Of a DNA stretch of 35,963 nt, positions 28,372 to 35,963 are shown piece by piece; position 1 is the stretch's first letter, and the number at the start of each line of letters is the position of its first letter. Below the pieces are notes generated by a model. The model did not search any database. It was not told where the DNA came from and was given only the letters and a program-made list of their open reading frames with translations. Source of the DNA: a virus; the UHGV virus genome UHGV-0041739; one strand, 5' to 3'. The position numbers and the translations under genes are program-made.

Positions 28372-28761
28372 TTAAAACAGAGGGGGTTGATACTGACGAT
28401 ACTTTATACGCCGCATTCGTCGGATGGCTTTATAGACAGTGTTAAACGTCACACCATAACGAATTGCCAGTTCGTGAACATTGCGCCCGTTAAAATCATT
28501 CCAGATTCGTAAATCCCGAACCAGTGAATCCAGCACCTGCCCACGAGGAATATAGACCTGACCACCGCCAAGATGTTTACAGATAGCCACAACAATCTCC
28601 AGAGAGTGCGCAGGTTCAACGCCCAGCCGGGACAGTTCCTGACGCAGCACATCGTTCAGTTCCGCCAGCAGTGCCGGAAATCGTGACGTATCCCCGGATT
28701 CATTGTCAAGATGAGCCAGGATACTGTCATCCTGAAAGTCGCCAAACAAATCCTGCGTCAT
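28372..28761 (-). CDS. mor: Middle operon regulator Mor (transcriptional activator of Pm)
   Basis: 129 aa, MTQDLFGDFQDDSILAHLDN...RLGVEPAHSLEIVVAICKHLGGGQVYIPRG; Mor/C family; follows gemA as in Mu. Confidence 0.9.
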   Translation of the reverse strand: MTQDLFGDFQDDSILAHLDNESGDTSRFPALLAELNDVLRQELSRLGVEPAHSLEIVVAICKHLGGGQVYIPRGQVLDSLVRDLRIWNDFNGRNVHELAIRYGVTFNTVYKAIRRMRRIKYRQYQPPLF

Positions 28762-29324
28762 TGTGCCAGTCTCCGTGTTTTTCTTGCACGGGCATAAGCT
28801 GCTGTCATGGCATCATAGCCACGCAGTTCACGCCCGGACGGGCTGACCGGCAACGGGAGCCCATAATGGGAAAAGGCTTCACGGATACAGCGGATGTGCC
28901 ACTGTTTCAGGGTTTCAAGCACAATTTGTAACGATTCTCCGTGACACCACGCCAGCGTGGAAACACCCTGTCCGCCATTACGTCTGGCTGTCAGTCGTTC
29001 GACGTATTTATCCAGTGCTGTATCACTGCCATCGGCAATAAAACCGTCTTCTGCCATTTGCTGCCAGATTTTTAATACCTTTTCGTGGGGCGTTACATGC
29101 CCATTAAAGCGACGGCGTGGGTGTTTATTCTGCTTCTTAAAACCGCGTTCTTTCATGGCATCGAGCACCAGCTCCAGTTGCGCGACGGTCAGCTCACGGC
29201 AACTGATTTTGCCCGTGTTCTGCATCAGAAAGGCACGGTAGGTGTCGTCGTCGAGTTGTAGCTCCCGACGGGCGACATGGATTAATTTAATAAGCGATGT
29301 GCGATTCACTTGCTCACCTCTCAT
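28758..29324 (-). CDS. gemA: GemA-like host gene expression modulator (Mu gp16)
   Basis: Likely start at MRGEQVNRTSLIK (29324); the ORF-track extension to 29477 is probably not translated; overlaps the mor start. Confidence 0.75.
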   Translation of the reverse strand: MRGEQVNRTSLIKLIHVARRELQLDDDTYRAFLMQNTGKISCRELTVAQLELVLDAMKERGFKKQNKHPRRRFNGHVTPHEKVLKIWQQMAEDGFIADGSDTALDKYVERLTARRNGGQGVSTLAWCHGESLQIVLETLKQWHIRCIREAFSHYGLPLPVSPSGRELRGYDAMTAAYARARKTRRLAQ

Positions 29325-29339
29325 ATTAAGGAATGAGAT

Positions 29340-29756
29340 ATGAAAATTGATTATGACGAGATAGCCAGAATATTTGATGTATTCCTGGAGGCCGACACTG
29401 CATTCATTCGACTGGAAGATGTCGGCTGGGATCGTTCTCAGCGGCACAGCGACAGCCATCAGAAGCTGGTTTTCCATCTTCTGTTGCTGGTTGAAAATGG
29501 TTTTATCAGCAACAGATATCTGGAAACAGGCACCGCAAAAAGCATTGGTCTCACCCCGACAAGCCTCGGATATTCATATTCAGGCACCAGTGTCAGACTC
29601 ACACAAGATGGTCATGATTTTGCGAAAGCACTACATCAAAAACCCATTCTTGAGCGTATAAAACAGGAGCTTGCCGACGCCCCGATGACGCTCGTAACAG
29701 ACGTCGGCAAACAGTGGTTAACCTCGTTTCTTAAAAAGAAACTCGGGATTGAATAG
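29340..29756 (+). CDS. Plus-strand accessory ORF (138 aa), DUF2513-like winged-helix protein; candidate moron embedded antisense in the early operon
   Basis: AAGGAA SD 8 nt before ATG; start 15 bp from the gemA start (divergent); 3' end overlaps the neighbouring minus gene; ...TQDGHDFAKALHQKPILERIKQEL resembles the DUF2513 pattern (from memory). Confidence 0.55.
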   Translation: MKIDYDEIARIFDVFLEADTAFIRLEDVGWDRSQRHSDSHQKLVFHLLLLVENGFISNRYLETGTAKSIGLTPTSLGYSYSGTSVRLTQDGHDFAKALHQKPILERIKQELADAPMTLVTDVGKQWLTSFLKKKLGIE

Positions 29757-30029
29757 TTCCCGGTTCATACGTTGCAGCACATCAAGGGCGGCGACAGCCG
29801 CCACTTTATCGTTGCCATCAGCAATAGTGCGGAGATTTTCAATAATCCAGTGAGGACTCAGTGACTCAGCAACAATGCCCAGTCGGTACGCCATGACCTC
29901 ATCAATAGCCTGTTCGTAAGACGGGGCATATACAAAGGCCACAAAGTCGTTGACCTCGTTTTCCGGTAAACCACCGGCAATCAGCAGGGCTGTAAGTTCT
30001 TCTGATTTTGTAAATACGCCATTATTCAT
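29718..30029 (-). CDS. Early semi-essential region protein (hypothetical)
   Basis: Likely start MNNGVFTKSEEL; protein-like composition; in the early operon. Confidence 0.5.
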   Translation of the reverse strand: MNNGVFTKSEELTALLIAGGLPENEVNDFVAFVYAPSYEQAIDEVMAYRLGIVAESLSPHWIIENLRTIADGNDKVAAVAALDVLQRMNRELFNPEFLFKKRG

Positions 30030-30180
30030 TCTGTTCACCTTCACAATTCATGCACGCCGTGTCATCGCCCATATCGCAGTGGTTGCATTTCTGTCCGCCA
30101 CAATGGGGACACTCTTTCAGATATTCAGGTGCTTCATTACCGCAGGTCGGGCATTCCTGCTTTTCGTTTACGTTATTCAT
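30022..30180 (-). CDS. Small zinc-ribbon protein (4x CxxC)
   Basis: MNNVNEKQECPTCGNEAPEYLKECPHCGGQKCNHCDMGDDTACMNCEGEQNE; GAGGAAG SD ~10 nt upstream of ATG. Confidence 0.5.
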   Translation of the reverse strand: MNNVNEKQECPTCGNEAPEYLKECPHCGGQKCNHCDMGDDTACMNCEGEQNE

Positions 30181-30409
30181 TTCGTAATACTTCCTCGCAA
30201 TAAAAAATCTCATTGGGATAACGTTTTTGTACATGTTCCATCACCTGCCTGCATATCTGCTCCGTGGGCCAGATTCTTTCCGTTACAGGTATGGCATCGC
30301 AGGCATCATTCCCGCAGGTGCTAACCAGCAGGACAAAGCCAATTGACTTAATCACTATTTGCCTCCATATGTTCCAGACGCTGTGCTTCGCGCATACACA
30401 TCTGCGCAA
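30173..30409 (-). CDS. Early hypothetical protein (Cys-rich), boundaries uncertain
   Basis: 78-aa ORF overlapping the upstream ORF by ~60 bp; may start at a later codon. Confidence 0.3.
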   Translation of the reverse strand: MRRCVCAKHSVWNIWRQIVIKSIGFVLLVSTCGNDACDAIPVTERIWPTEQICRQVMEHVQKRYPNEIFYCEEVLRNE

Positions 30410-30584
30410 TCATCATCTGGCGGGCAATGCCTGCACGAATAAACGAAGCTGCACGACGGAGATTTTTTGCATTCGCCTGTTGAATCAATGCAGGTACTGA
30501 TGCCAGGCATTCGGCGCTGTCTTTAATCAACACCTCCGCTGTTATTTCCGGTGCTTGTTGCTTATTCCTCGTCATCTTCGTCAT
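30348..30584 (-). CDS. Early hypothetical protein (78 aa)
   Basis: Basic/helical small protein in the early operon. Confidence 0.4.
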   Translation of the reverse strand: MTKMTRNKQQAPEITAEVLIKDSAECLASVPALIQQANAKNLRRAASFIRAGIARQMMIAQMCMREAQRLEHMEANSD

Positions 30585-30870
30585 CCTTTACATTCAGCGT
30601 TACAGGAAATTTTTCGAATATGAAAAGGGCAAGCCTTGCCCCAAGTCTCAGAAGGTTTGCTTCCTTTGAATGTGCAGGGATAACACATTTCTCACCGTCA
30701 TTGTCGAAGGTAATATCCGCATCTTTTTTATCGATAAAAAAACGACATTCATCCACGCGTGCTTTATGCCATGCACATAAAGAGACAATGCATTCTTTCA
30801 TTTCCTGATTCGTCATAAATATCACCATTTCAGATTCAGGCGCGAGCAATTCCCTGACGCATCGCGCCAT
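30562..30870 (-). CDS. Early hypothetical protein with acidic C-terminal tail (KDDEDDEE)
   Basis: ORF downstream of gam; strongly acidic terminus. Confidence 0.45.
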   Translation of the reverse strand: MARCVRELLAPESEMVIFMTNQEMKECIVSLCAWHKARVDECRFFIDKKDADITFDNDGEKCVIPAHSKEANLLRLGARLALFIFEKFPVTLNVKDDEDDEE

Positions 30871-30910
30871 AATTAAAAGAAAGTTAATTAATTAAATATT
30901 AATGCTGGTA

Positions 30911-31435
30911 TTAAATACCGGCTTCCTGTTCAAACGGGATAATGGAAAAATCTTCAATTCCAGACTTAACCGTAATTCCGGCAACACCGGCAACTGCGCC
31001 TGGTTCATTCAGAATTGCTTCTTTGTTGATTTCCTGCTTCGTGCGAATAAAGCGTTGCAGGCCAAGACGCTCCAGCGTTTCCATCACTGCGTCCATACCA
31101 CGAATGCTTACTGATGGTGGACGGACCCGCCACGATACATCACCGGTGACAAGATTCGCCGTCTTCACTTTGCCGCCGTTCGTCAGTTCGTCGCGGTTCG
31201 CTTCACACCATCCCTGAACGCCTTTTGAAAGGGTTTCAATATCGGTTTTAAGCGGTGCAATCCGGGCCGCAAATTTCTCCGTAATTTCCGCGATGGCATC
31301 ATTCATTTCTGTTTCCAGACGTGATGCTTCGCGCTGTAAATCCCCGATGCGTTTAATGTCGGTAATCACCGCATCGCGGTTTTGTGGCACATAAGCTGCC
31401 GCGGCACTTTTGATGCGTTTTGCTGGTTTAGCCAT
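30911..31435 (-). CDS. gam: Gam host-nuclease inhibitor (Ku-like DNA end-binding protein)
   Basis: 174 aa, MAKPAKRIKSAAAAYVPQNRDAVITDIKRIGDLQRE...; size and sequence as Mu Gam. Confidence 0.9.
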   Translation of the reverse strand: MAKPAKRIKSAAAAYVPQNRDAVITDIKRIGDLQREASRLETEMNDAIAEITEKFAARIAPLKTDIETLSKGVQGWCEANRDELTNGGKVKTANLVTGDVSWRVRPPSVSIRGMDAVMETLERLGLQRFIRTKQEINKEAILNEPGAVAGVAGITVKSGIEDFSIIPFEQEAGI

Positions 31436-31454
31436 AAATTAAAGCTCCTGTTAA

Positions 31455-31754
31455 TTAATATCCGCTGTATACAATGCTGGATACAGCACGATTGCTTAAT
31501 TCCATCTTTCGGGCAATGACATGAATATCCAGCCCTTCTTTATAAAGTTCACGACATAAATACTTGTCATGTTCACTGATTCGGTATACACACAATGATA
31601 TTCCGTGTCTTCTGGCATGTGCCCGGAGGGCGGTTGTGGCGACTTTCAGTTTTTTCGCCATTTCTTCGACGGTCATTTTCCCGACGTTGGCTTCGATAAA
31701 CTCCCGGTCTTTGCGTGACCAGCGCTTACGTATACACTTCATTCCGGCCTCCAC
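31455..31754 (-). CDS. Early small protein with GcrA-like HTH
   Basis: W-SRKDREFIEANVGKMTVEEMAKKLKVATTALRAHARRHGIS resembles the GcrA N-terminal HTH pattern (low-confidence recollection); start likely MKCIRKRW. Confidence 0.4.
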   Translation of the reverse strand: MEAGMKCIRKRWSRKDREFIEANVGKMTVEEMAKKLKVATTALRAHARRHGISLCVYRISEHDKYLCRELYKEGLDIHVIARKMELSNRAVSSIVYSGY

Positions 31755-32174
31755 TCAGAACAACATGGGGTTGCGCAGTGATGCTGGAATATGCCGCAGC
31801 GATAACTGAACCGCTTTCAGGGCAAGCGAGGAATAACAGCAGTGCGCCCAGCCTTTTGCCATTAACCGGTAATCGCGCCAGATACGCTGCCACATTTCAC
31901 GGGCTTCAGGGTCTGATGCGCAGATGTATTCCCGGTCCATAACGTACTCCCATAAATCCACGTTGAACGCACCGCCAAATGCAATGGCGCGGGATATACT
32001 TTCGCCGCAATAACGCGCACAGATGCTGTAATGGTCGAAAGCAATCAGGTAAGTTTTTTCATCACAACCATCAACTTTCCGGGCGCAAATAAACTCGCGT
32101 AATTCACCACCGTTGTTATTGCGTTCCTGAATTCGGATTAATGCCTGAATTTCATTTCGGATTTTGACGTTCAT
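31755..32174 (-). CDS. Early semi-essential region protein (139 aa, hypothetical)
   Basis: ORF contiguous with neighbours in the operon; Cys/Trp-containing globular-like composition. Confidence 0.5.
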   Translation of the reverse strand: MNVKIRNEIQALIRIQERNNNGGELREFICARKVDGCDEKTYLIAFDHYSICARYCGESISRAIAFGGAFNVDLWEYVMDREYICASDPEAREMWQRIWRDYRLMAKGWAHCCYSSLALKAVQLSLRHIPASLRNPMLF

Positions 32175-32194
32175 TGTCAGCGTTCCTTTGTGAA

Positions 32195-32464
32195 TTAATG
32201 TCTGGCTGCATTTGGGTTATAGCTGAATAGTTCCCCCTCAGCTTCCAGCCCAAGCTCCCTGGCTGATTTCAACAACTCCTCGGTCGCTTTTTTAATGATT
32301 TCAGGAGCCATACTCTTGATGATGCCTGCCATTACGTCATGTGGCCCGGTCTGGTCCTCAGGTGAGGATTCTTCCAGTCGCACATTCATATTTACGGCAA
32401 AACCTCCATTTTCCTGAAACTCAATATTTTCTGTATTGTTAAACTCAAAGATTACTTTTGCCAT
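32195..32464 (-). CDS. Early small protein (89 aa from MAKVIFEF...)
   Basis: Internal start chosen to avoid overlap with the upstream gene; shares a VIFEF motif with the adjacent 70-aa ORF. Confidence 0.45.
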   Translation of the reverse strand: MAKVIFEFNNTENIEFQENGGFAVNMNVRLEESSPEDQTGPHDVMAGIIKSMAPEIIKKATEELLKSARELGLEAEGELFSYNPNAARH

Positions 32465-32477
32465 TTTTATTGCCTGC

Positions 32478-32690
32478 TTATTGATTAACGGGCGTTGCAT
32501 TTGTGATTTCGTTAAGTTCACAAAACACATTTTCTGCGTGATGATGGTTGCCGACATGAACAGCCAGTTTTCGACCATCAACAAATTCAAAAATAACATC
32601 ACCGTTAACAGTTGATTCCATTACACTGACATTATCAAGGTTAATTAACCGACCAATTCCCAGACTATCGTGAATATTTATCACCATCAT
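32478..32690 (-). CDS. Early small protein (70 aa)
   Basis: ...GDVIFEFVDGRKLAVHVGNHHH; possible paralog of the downstream gene. Confidence 0.4.
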   Translation of the reverse strand: MMVINIHDSLGIGRLINLDNVSVMESTVNGDVIFEFVDGRKLAVHVGNHHHAENVFCELNEITNATPVNQ

Positions 32691-32697
32691 TTAAATG

Positions 32698-32925
32698 CTA
32701 TCTCCAAATTATCTGACAACCATTAAATCGGGCCGTCCATACTGAACGGGCAATCCCTGATTTATGCTCCATAATTCTGATGGCGCTCCTGACCAGCTCC
32801 GGTGGTGGGCAGGTAATCTCAAGAATCGGGCGTGCAACACCGAGATATGACTCATTAACGTGGCTACCGCGTGCCTGTAACCATGTCTTTACTTCCGTTG
32901 CCATTTTGATATTCCGTGACATCAT
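32698..32925 (-). CDS. First gene after B (kil-like by position)
   Basis: Likely start at MMSRNIKM (ORF-track start overlaps B); ~75 aa, the size of Mu Kil; name by position only. Confidence 0.4.
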   Translation of the reverse strand: MMSRNIKMATEVKTWLQARGSHVNESYLGVARPILEITCPPPELVRSAIRIMEHKSGIARSVWTARFNGCQIIWR

Positions 32926-32938
32926 GATTTCTCTCTCC

Positions 32939-33877
32939 TTACGTACGCAGCAGGGTTGAAATATCAACATCCAGGTCTAATTCACGGAAAGCCTGACGCA
33001 GATAATCTTCATTAACACGTTCACCTTTGCCGTGGGCAGTCATGGCAGCAAGGCGCAGCGAGTGGTTCAGGATACGAAGTGCACCTGGCTTTTGCGCAAT
33101 CTGCTGTAATAATTCCCGTTCGTTTTCGCCGGTAATTTGCCAGGCATCCGCAATGGCCTTTACATCATCAATTTTGGTTTTATTGATTGCCGTCCGTTTT
33201 GCAATACGGGAAAACAGGCGGGCAAATTCAACCGTTCTGTTTCCGCCGGTCATATTTGAATAAACGCGGTGATTCCCCATCAGAACAAGACCAATACGGG
33301 CGGATTCCTGTAACAGGCGGAGTTCTTCCAGAACTTCTGCGCCAAGATGATCAGCTTCGTCGATAATGACCAGCCCCTGTGTACCTTCGAGACGGCGTCT
33401 CAAAGCGCGGGAGAGTGGCCCTTTACGACGCGGTGCGTCATTCATTCCCAGTTCATAAGCCAGTTCAGTCAGGCATTCCAGAACACTGGCGCAGGATGGG
33501 GTAATGGTGATCATCCAGACATTGTTATTGGTGCGACGAAATTCGCGGGCTGCTTCAGTTTTTCCCACACCTGGATTACCGCAGATAACAGAAATACTTT
33601 CAGTCAGGCTGGCAAAGCGCATACTCGTCCAGATTTGACGTGCTGTTCTGGTTTCCACAAAACGAGGGGGTTCTGGCAGTTCTGCGGCGCGGTGATAGTT
33701 CTCCAGCCAGCGTTCCAGCGTCTGCGCAACACGTTCATTATCGCCGTTGTACTTGTTATTCACGAACGCGCTTAACGTTCCTGCGGCAACTCCAGATTCG
33801 CGGGCGATTTGCGCATAAGTTGTTTTTTCGCTTTCAACAAGCGTGCGCAGTCCTGCGCGAATATCAGAAATATTCAT
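32939..33877 (-). CDS. B: MuB ATP-dependent target DNA activator (AAA+)
   Basis: 312 aa, Walker A GNPGVGKT, Walker [10 protein letters not shown]; immediately downstream of A. Confidence 0.92.
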   Translation of the reverse strand: MNISDIRAGLRTLVESEKTTYAQIARESGVAAGTLSAFVNNKYNGDNERVAQTLERWLENYHRAAELPEPPRFVETRTARQIWTSMRFASLTESISVICGNPGVGKTEAAREFRRTNNNVWMITITPSCASVLECLTELAYELGMNDAPRRKGPLSRALRRRLEGTQGLVIIDEADHLGAEVLEELRLLQESARIGLVLMGNHRVYSNMTGGNRTVEFARLFSRIAKRTAINKTKIDDVKAIADAWQITGENERELLQQIAQKPGALRILNHSLRLAAMTAHGKGERVNEDYLRQAFRELDLDVDISTLLRT

Positions 33878-33915
33878 CTGAATAACCTCGTAATTAAATT
33901 TTGTTTAAACGTTAA

Positions 33916-35913
33916 TTAAATGGCTTTTTTACGTCTGTTCTGTTCCAGAATATCCAGCGAATGATTCAGATATTCATCACGCTCAGTTTCGTATTCATCA
34001 TCACGCTCCTGATTCTTCACTCGTTCCGTATTACCGGAAGGCCGGAAAATGCCGACAATTTGTGATTCTGGTGCTTCAGGTTCGGCTATCTGCGGCAGCA
34101 GCTCTGCCACTTCCAGTGCATCCATTTGTTTCTGTGCCTTAATCGCTGCTTTCGTAGCAGATTTCAGTTGTTTCTGGCGGCGGCGATATTCACGGCCTGC
34201 CGCAGCATCATTAAACGCAACAGGTGCCAGACATTCCGCTTCACAGATAAACCGACCGTCAAGGGTGTAGCAATAAACCGTGCTGTGTAACTGCTGTGGA
34301 TCAAATCTGACCACAACTTTTTTTACTCCGGCATTCATTAACGCCATGTTGTAATAAACGTTTTTCGCACCTTTAAGGGAGCCACCAACTTTAAGCGCGA
34401 ACTCGCCTTTACGTGAAACGTTCACTGCCTCGGCAGGCAGTAACAGCATCCGTTTTTGCTCTTCGGTAGGCTTACGCACAATCGTTCTGGCGTATTCACG
34501 CTCAAAAACGTCATCAAACGAAAGTTTGCCTCCGCACATTTCTGTTTCACGGCCTGTTCTGGCATTGAACATCGCCACACCTTCGGCAAGGGTTTTCAGA
34601 AACAGCTCTGCATCAACAGCGCGGTCGCCATAGTTATCAGGTTTTGCCTGCGGATTAGGCCCCGTATATGCGCCAGCCAGTGCCGGATGCTTATCAACGT
34701 ATTCCTCAAGCCCACCAACACCGAAAGCACGTTCAACAGGTTTTGCCTGGCCCCAGCCTTTACCGGCAACAACGCTTGTCCAGTGCATTTTCGCCCCCAT
34801 CAGTAAAAACAGTCCTTTTGGATCGTCCTCTTTTACCTTAAAGCGGTAGCGATTGGGCGCGCCTCCCGTCAGCCATTTATTCGCAGCACCACGGGTGTTA
34901 TCAATGGTGATGTGAAAATCCTCCGGGATACCGTAGCGAGTCACAACATCCATGAACGAGAGGCGAATTGAATCAATGTTCTCGCTCACATCGCAGCGCC
35001 AGCCCAGAATTTTTCGGGTTTTCACATCCTGCCAGAACCATGTTTTCGGACGGATCACATCACCGTTAAACCAGCGTACAAAGACGTTATGCAGATAACC
35101 GTCGCCGTTGATCCACTGCATGGCGTCCAGGTGTTCCACAGTTCGCTGCTGTGCCGGTATCAGATGCATCAGTGCATGTTCACCTTCACGGCAGGCAACA
35201 ACCATTGCCTCGTCCAGTTGCTGAATCCGGCGAAAGGCCGTGGCACGGGAGGGAATACTCCAGCCATGCTCGCGGGCTGCCAGTTCCAGACGCTCATAAC
35301 ATTTGCGGAAGGCGGGTTTTTCCGGTCGCAGATAATCTGCAATCAGAAACTGCCAGGCATCCTCGTCAAATTCACTTTTGTGAACGTTGCGACGGGATGC
35401 ACCACGTCCATCAACAAGCGCAGCCGCCCAGTCAGGCTTCGCAAACTTCTGTACCTGGTAATACTTGTCCCGCAAAGTGGATGCGCTGACCTGGTAATGC
35501 CCTGCAACGGTCGCAAAAGCCGTTTTTGTTGAAATCCCCTGGTTCAGCATTTCGTCTGCAGCCTGAACCGCAGGCAACCATTTTTCAGCAAGTCTGCGCT
35601 GGGAATCGCTGGCGTTATCCCATTTGCTCCACAGTGCCTCACGATCATAATCATGGGCTTCCAGCGTGGGGCGGGCGATTTCAAAATACCCCTGGCTTGT
35701 TTCTATTTGCTCAGATTTTAATAACAACTCAGCACGTGCTGCCGCTGGTAGAACTGATATATGAAATTCCAAAGCCTTTGAACCCGTACGCTTGCGACGT
35801 AGTTCTGGATGATTGGCTGCAAGCTTTTCAAGATTGCGGCGAATACTCACCTCATGTTTAGGAAAGCATGACATTCCTACGCATTCTTGCGCTGTTACCC
35901 AATGGGTTAACAT
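33916..35913 (-). CDS. A: MuA DDE transposase
   Basis: Residues from ~[44 protein letters not shown] to C-terminal ...[11 protein letters not shown] match Mu A as recalled; N-terminal ~75 aa diverge. Likely start ATG at 35913 (GGAG SD) rather than the TTG at 35943. Confidence 0.92.
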   Translation of the reverse strand: MLTHWVTAQECVGMSCFPKHEVSIRRNLEKLAANHPELRRKRTGSKALEFHISVLPAAARAELLLKSEQIETSQGYFEIARPTLEAHDYDREALWSKWDNASDSQRRLAEKWLPAVQAADEMLNQGISTKTAFATVAGHYQVSASTLRDKYYQVQKFAKPDWAAALVDGRGASRRNVHKSEFDEDAWQFLIADYLRPEKPAFRKCYERLELAAREHGWSIPSRATAFRRIQQLDEAMVVACREGEHALMHLIPAQQRTVEHLDAMQWINGDGYLHNVFVRWFNGDVIRPKTWFWQDVKTRKILGWRCDVSENIDSIRLSFMDVVTRYGIPEDFHITIDNTRGAANKWLTGGAPNRYRFKVKEDDPKGLFLLMGAKMHWTSVVAGKGWGQAKPVERAFGVGGLEEYVDKHPALAGAYTGPNPQAKPDNYGDRAVDAELFLKTLAEGVAMFNARTGRETEMCGGKLSFDDVFEREYARTIVRKPTEEQKRMLLLPAEAVNVSRKGEFALKVGGSLKGAKNVYYNMALMNAGVKKVVVRFDPQQLHSTVYCYTLDGRFICEAECLAPVAFNDAAAGREYRRRQKQLKSATKAAIKAQKQMDALEVAELLPQIAEPEAPESQIVGIFRPSGNTERVKNQERDDEYETERDEYLNHSLDILEQNRRKKAI

Positions 35914-35963
35914 GATGTTTTCTCCATATACCGAGAAGGCCAAATCTGGGCTGGTTCCATATC
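35907..35963 (-). CDS. ner: Ner-like early regulator, 3' terminal fragment (5' end beyond window)
   Basis: Window-edge frame encodes ...[17 protein letters not shown], sharing IWPSRY with the Mu Ner C-terminus; overlaps the A start. Confidence 0.6.
   Translation of the reverse strand, partial: DMEPAQIWPSRYMEKTSC

Larger units (their letters stand above)
599..35963 (-). mobile_element. Mu-like transposable prophage (Mu/D108 type), right end to within ner; left end, c repressor and attL outside the window
   Basis: Terminal sequence TGAAGCGGCGCACGAAAAACGCGAAAGCGTTTCACGATAAATGCGAAAAC matches the Mu right end (5'-TG...CA-3' termini). Gene order mom-com-gin-G segment-tail-head-lysis-C-mor-gam-B-A is fully collinear with Mu. 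Confidence 0.92.

Noticed and set aside
28758-29477. 239-aa version of gemA from the ORF track
   Set aside because: The N-terminal 51 codons would overlap the SD and start of the plus-strand gene; the start at MRGEQ (29324) matches the expected GemA size, so the longer form is probably not used.
1-35963. Search for CRISPR arrays, tRNA/rRNA genes and integrase/att core typical of site-specific prophages
   Set aside because: No direct-repeat/spacer arrays or tRNA-like structures were noticed by eye; the element is a transposable phage (DDE transposase A plus B) with Mu-type ends, so an integrase is not expected.

Overview
Almost the whole window (about 599 to the end) is a Mu-like transposable prophage, lying reverse-complemented relative to the canonical Mu map. 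The right end (attR, beginning TGAAGCGGCGCACGAAAAACGCGAAAG) sits at ~599. Reading upward from it: mom, com and gin; the invertible G segment (S/U expressed, S'v/U' silent); baseplate, tail, head and packaging genes; the lysis/middle operon (lys, C, holin-like genes, a GH108-type hydrolase); mor and gemA; the semi-essential early genes including gam; then B, A and the last ~18 codons of ner at the window edge. The repressor gene c and attL lie beyond the window. Positions 1-598 are host flank carrying what looks like the 3' part of an rpn/YhgA-like gene cut by the insertion. Protein identities rest on recalled family motifs and Mu gene order, not on any search. The most unusual items are two plus-strand accessory ORFs embedded in otherwise uniformly minus-strand operons (29340-29756 and 24502-24687), a divergent N-terminus of the A transposase and C-terminus of Ner (heteroimmune, D108-like mosaic), an endolysin homolog lacking the expected catalytic Glu, and the insertion into a putative rpn defense gene. 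Whether the accessory ORFs are absent from reference Mu/D108/SfMu genomes could not be tested here. ORF-track starts use ATG/GTG/TTG and are often too long; likely true starts are given where the sequence supports them. Hand-counted coordinates above ~35530 may be off by 1.
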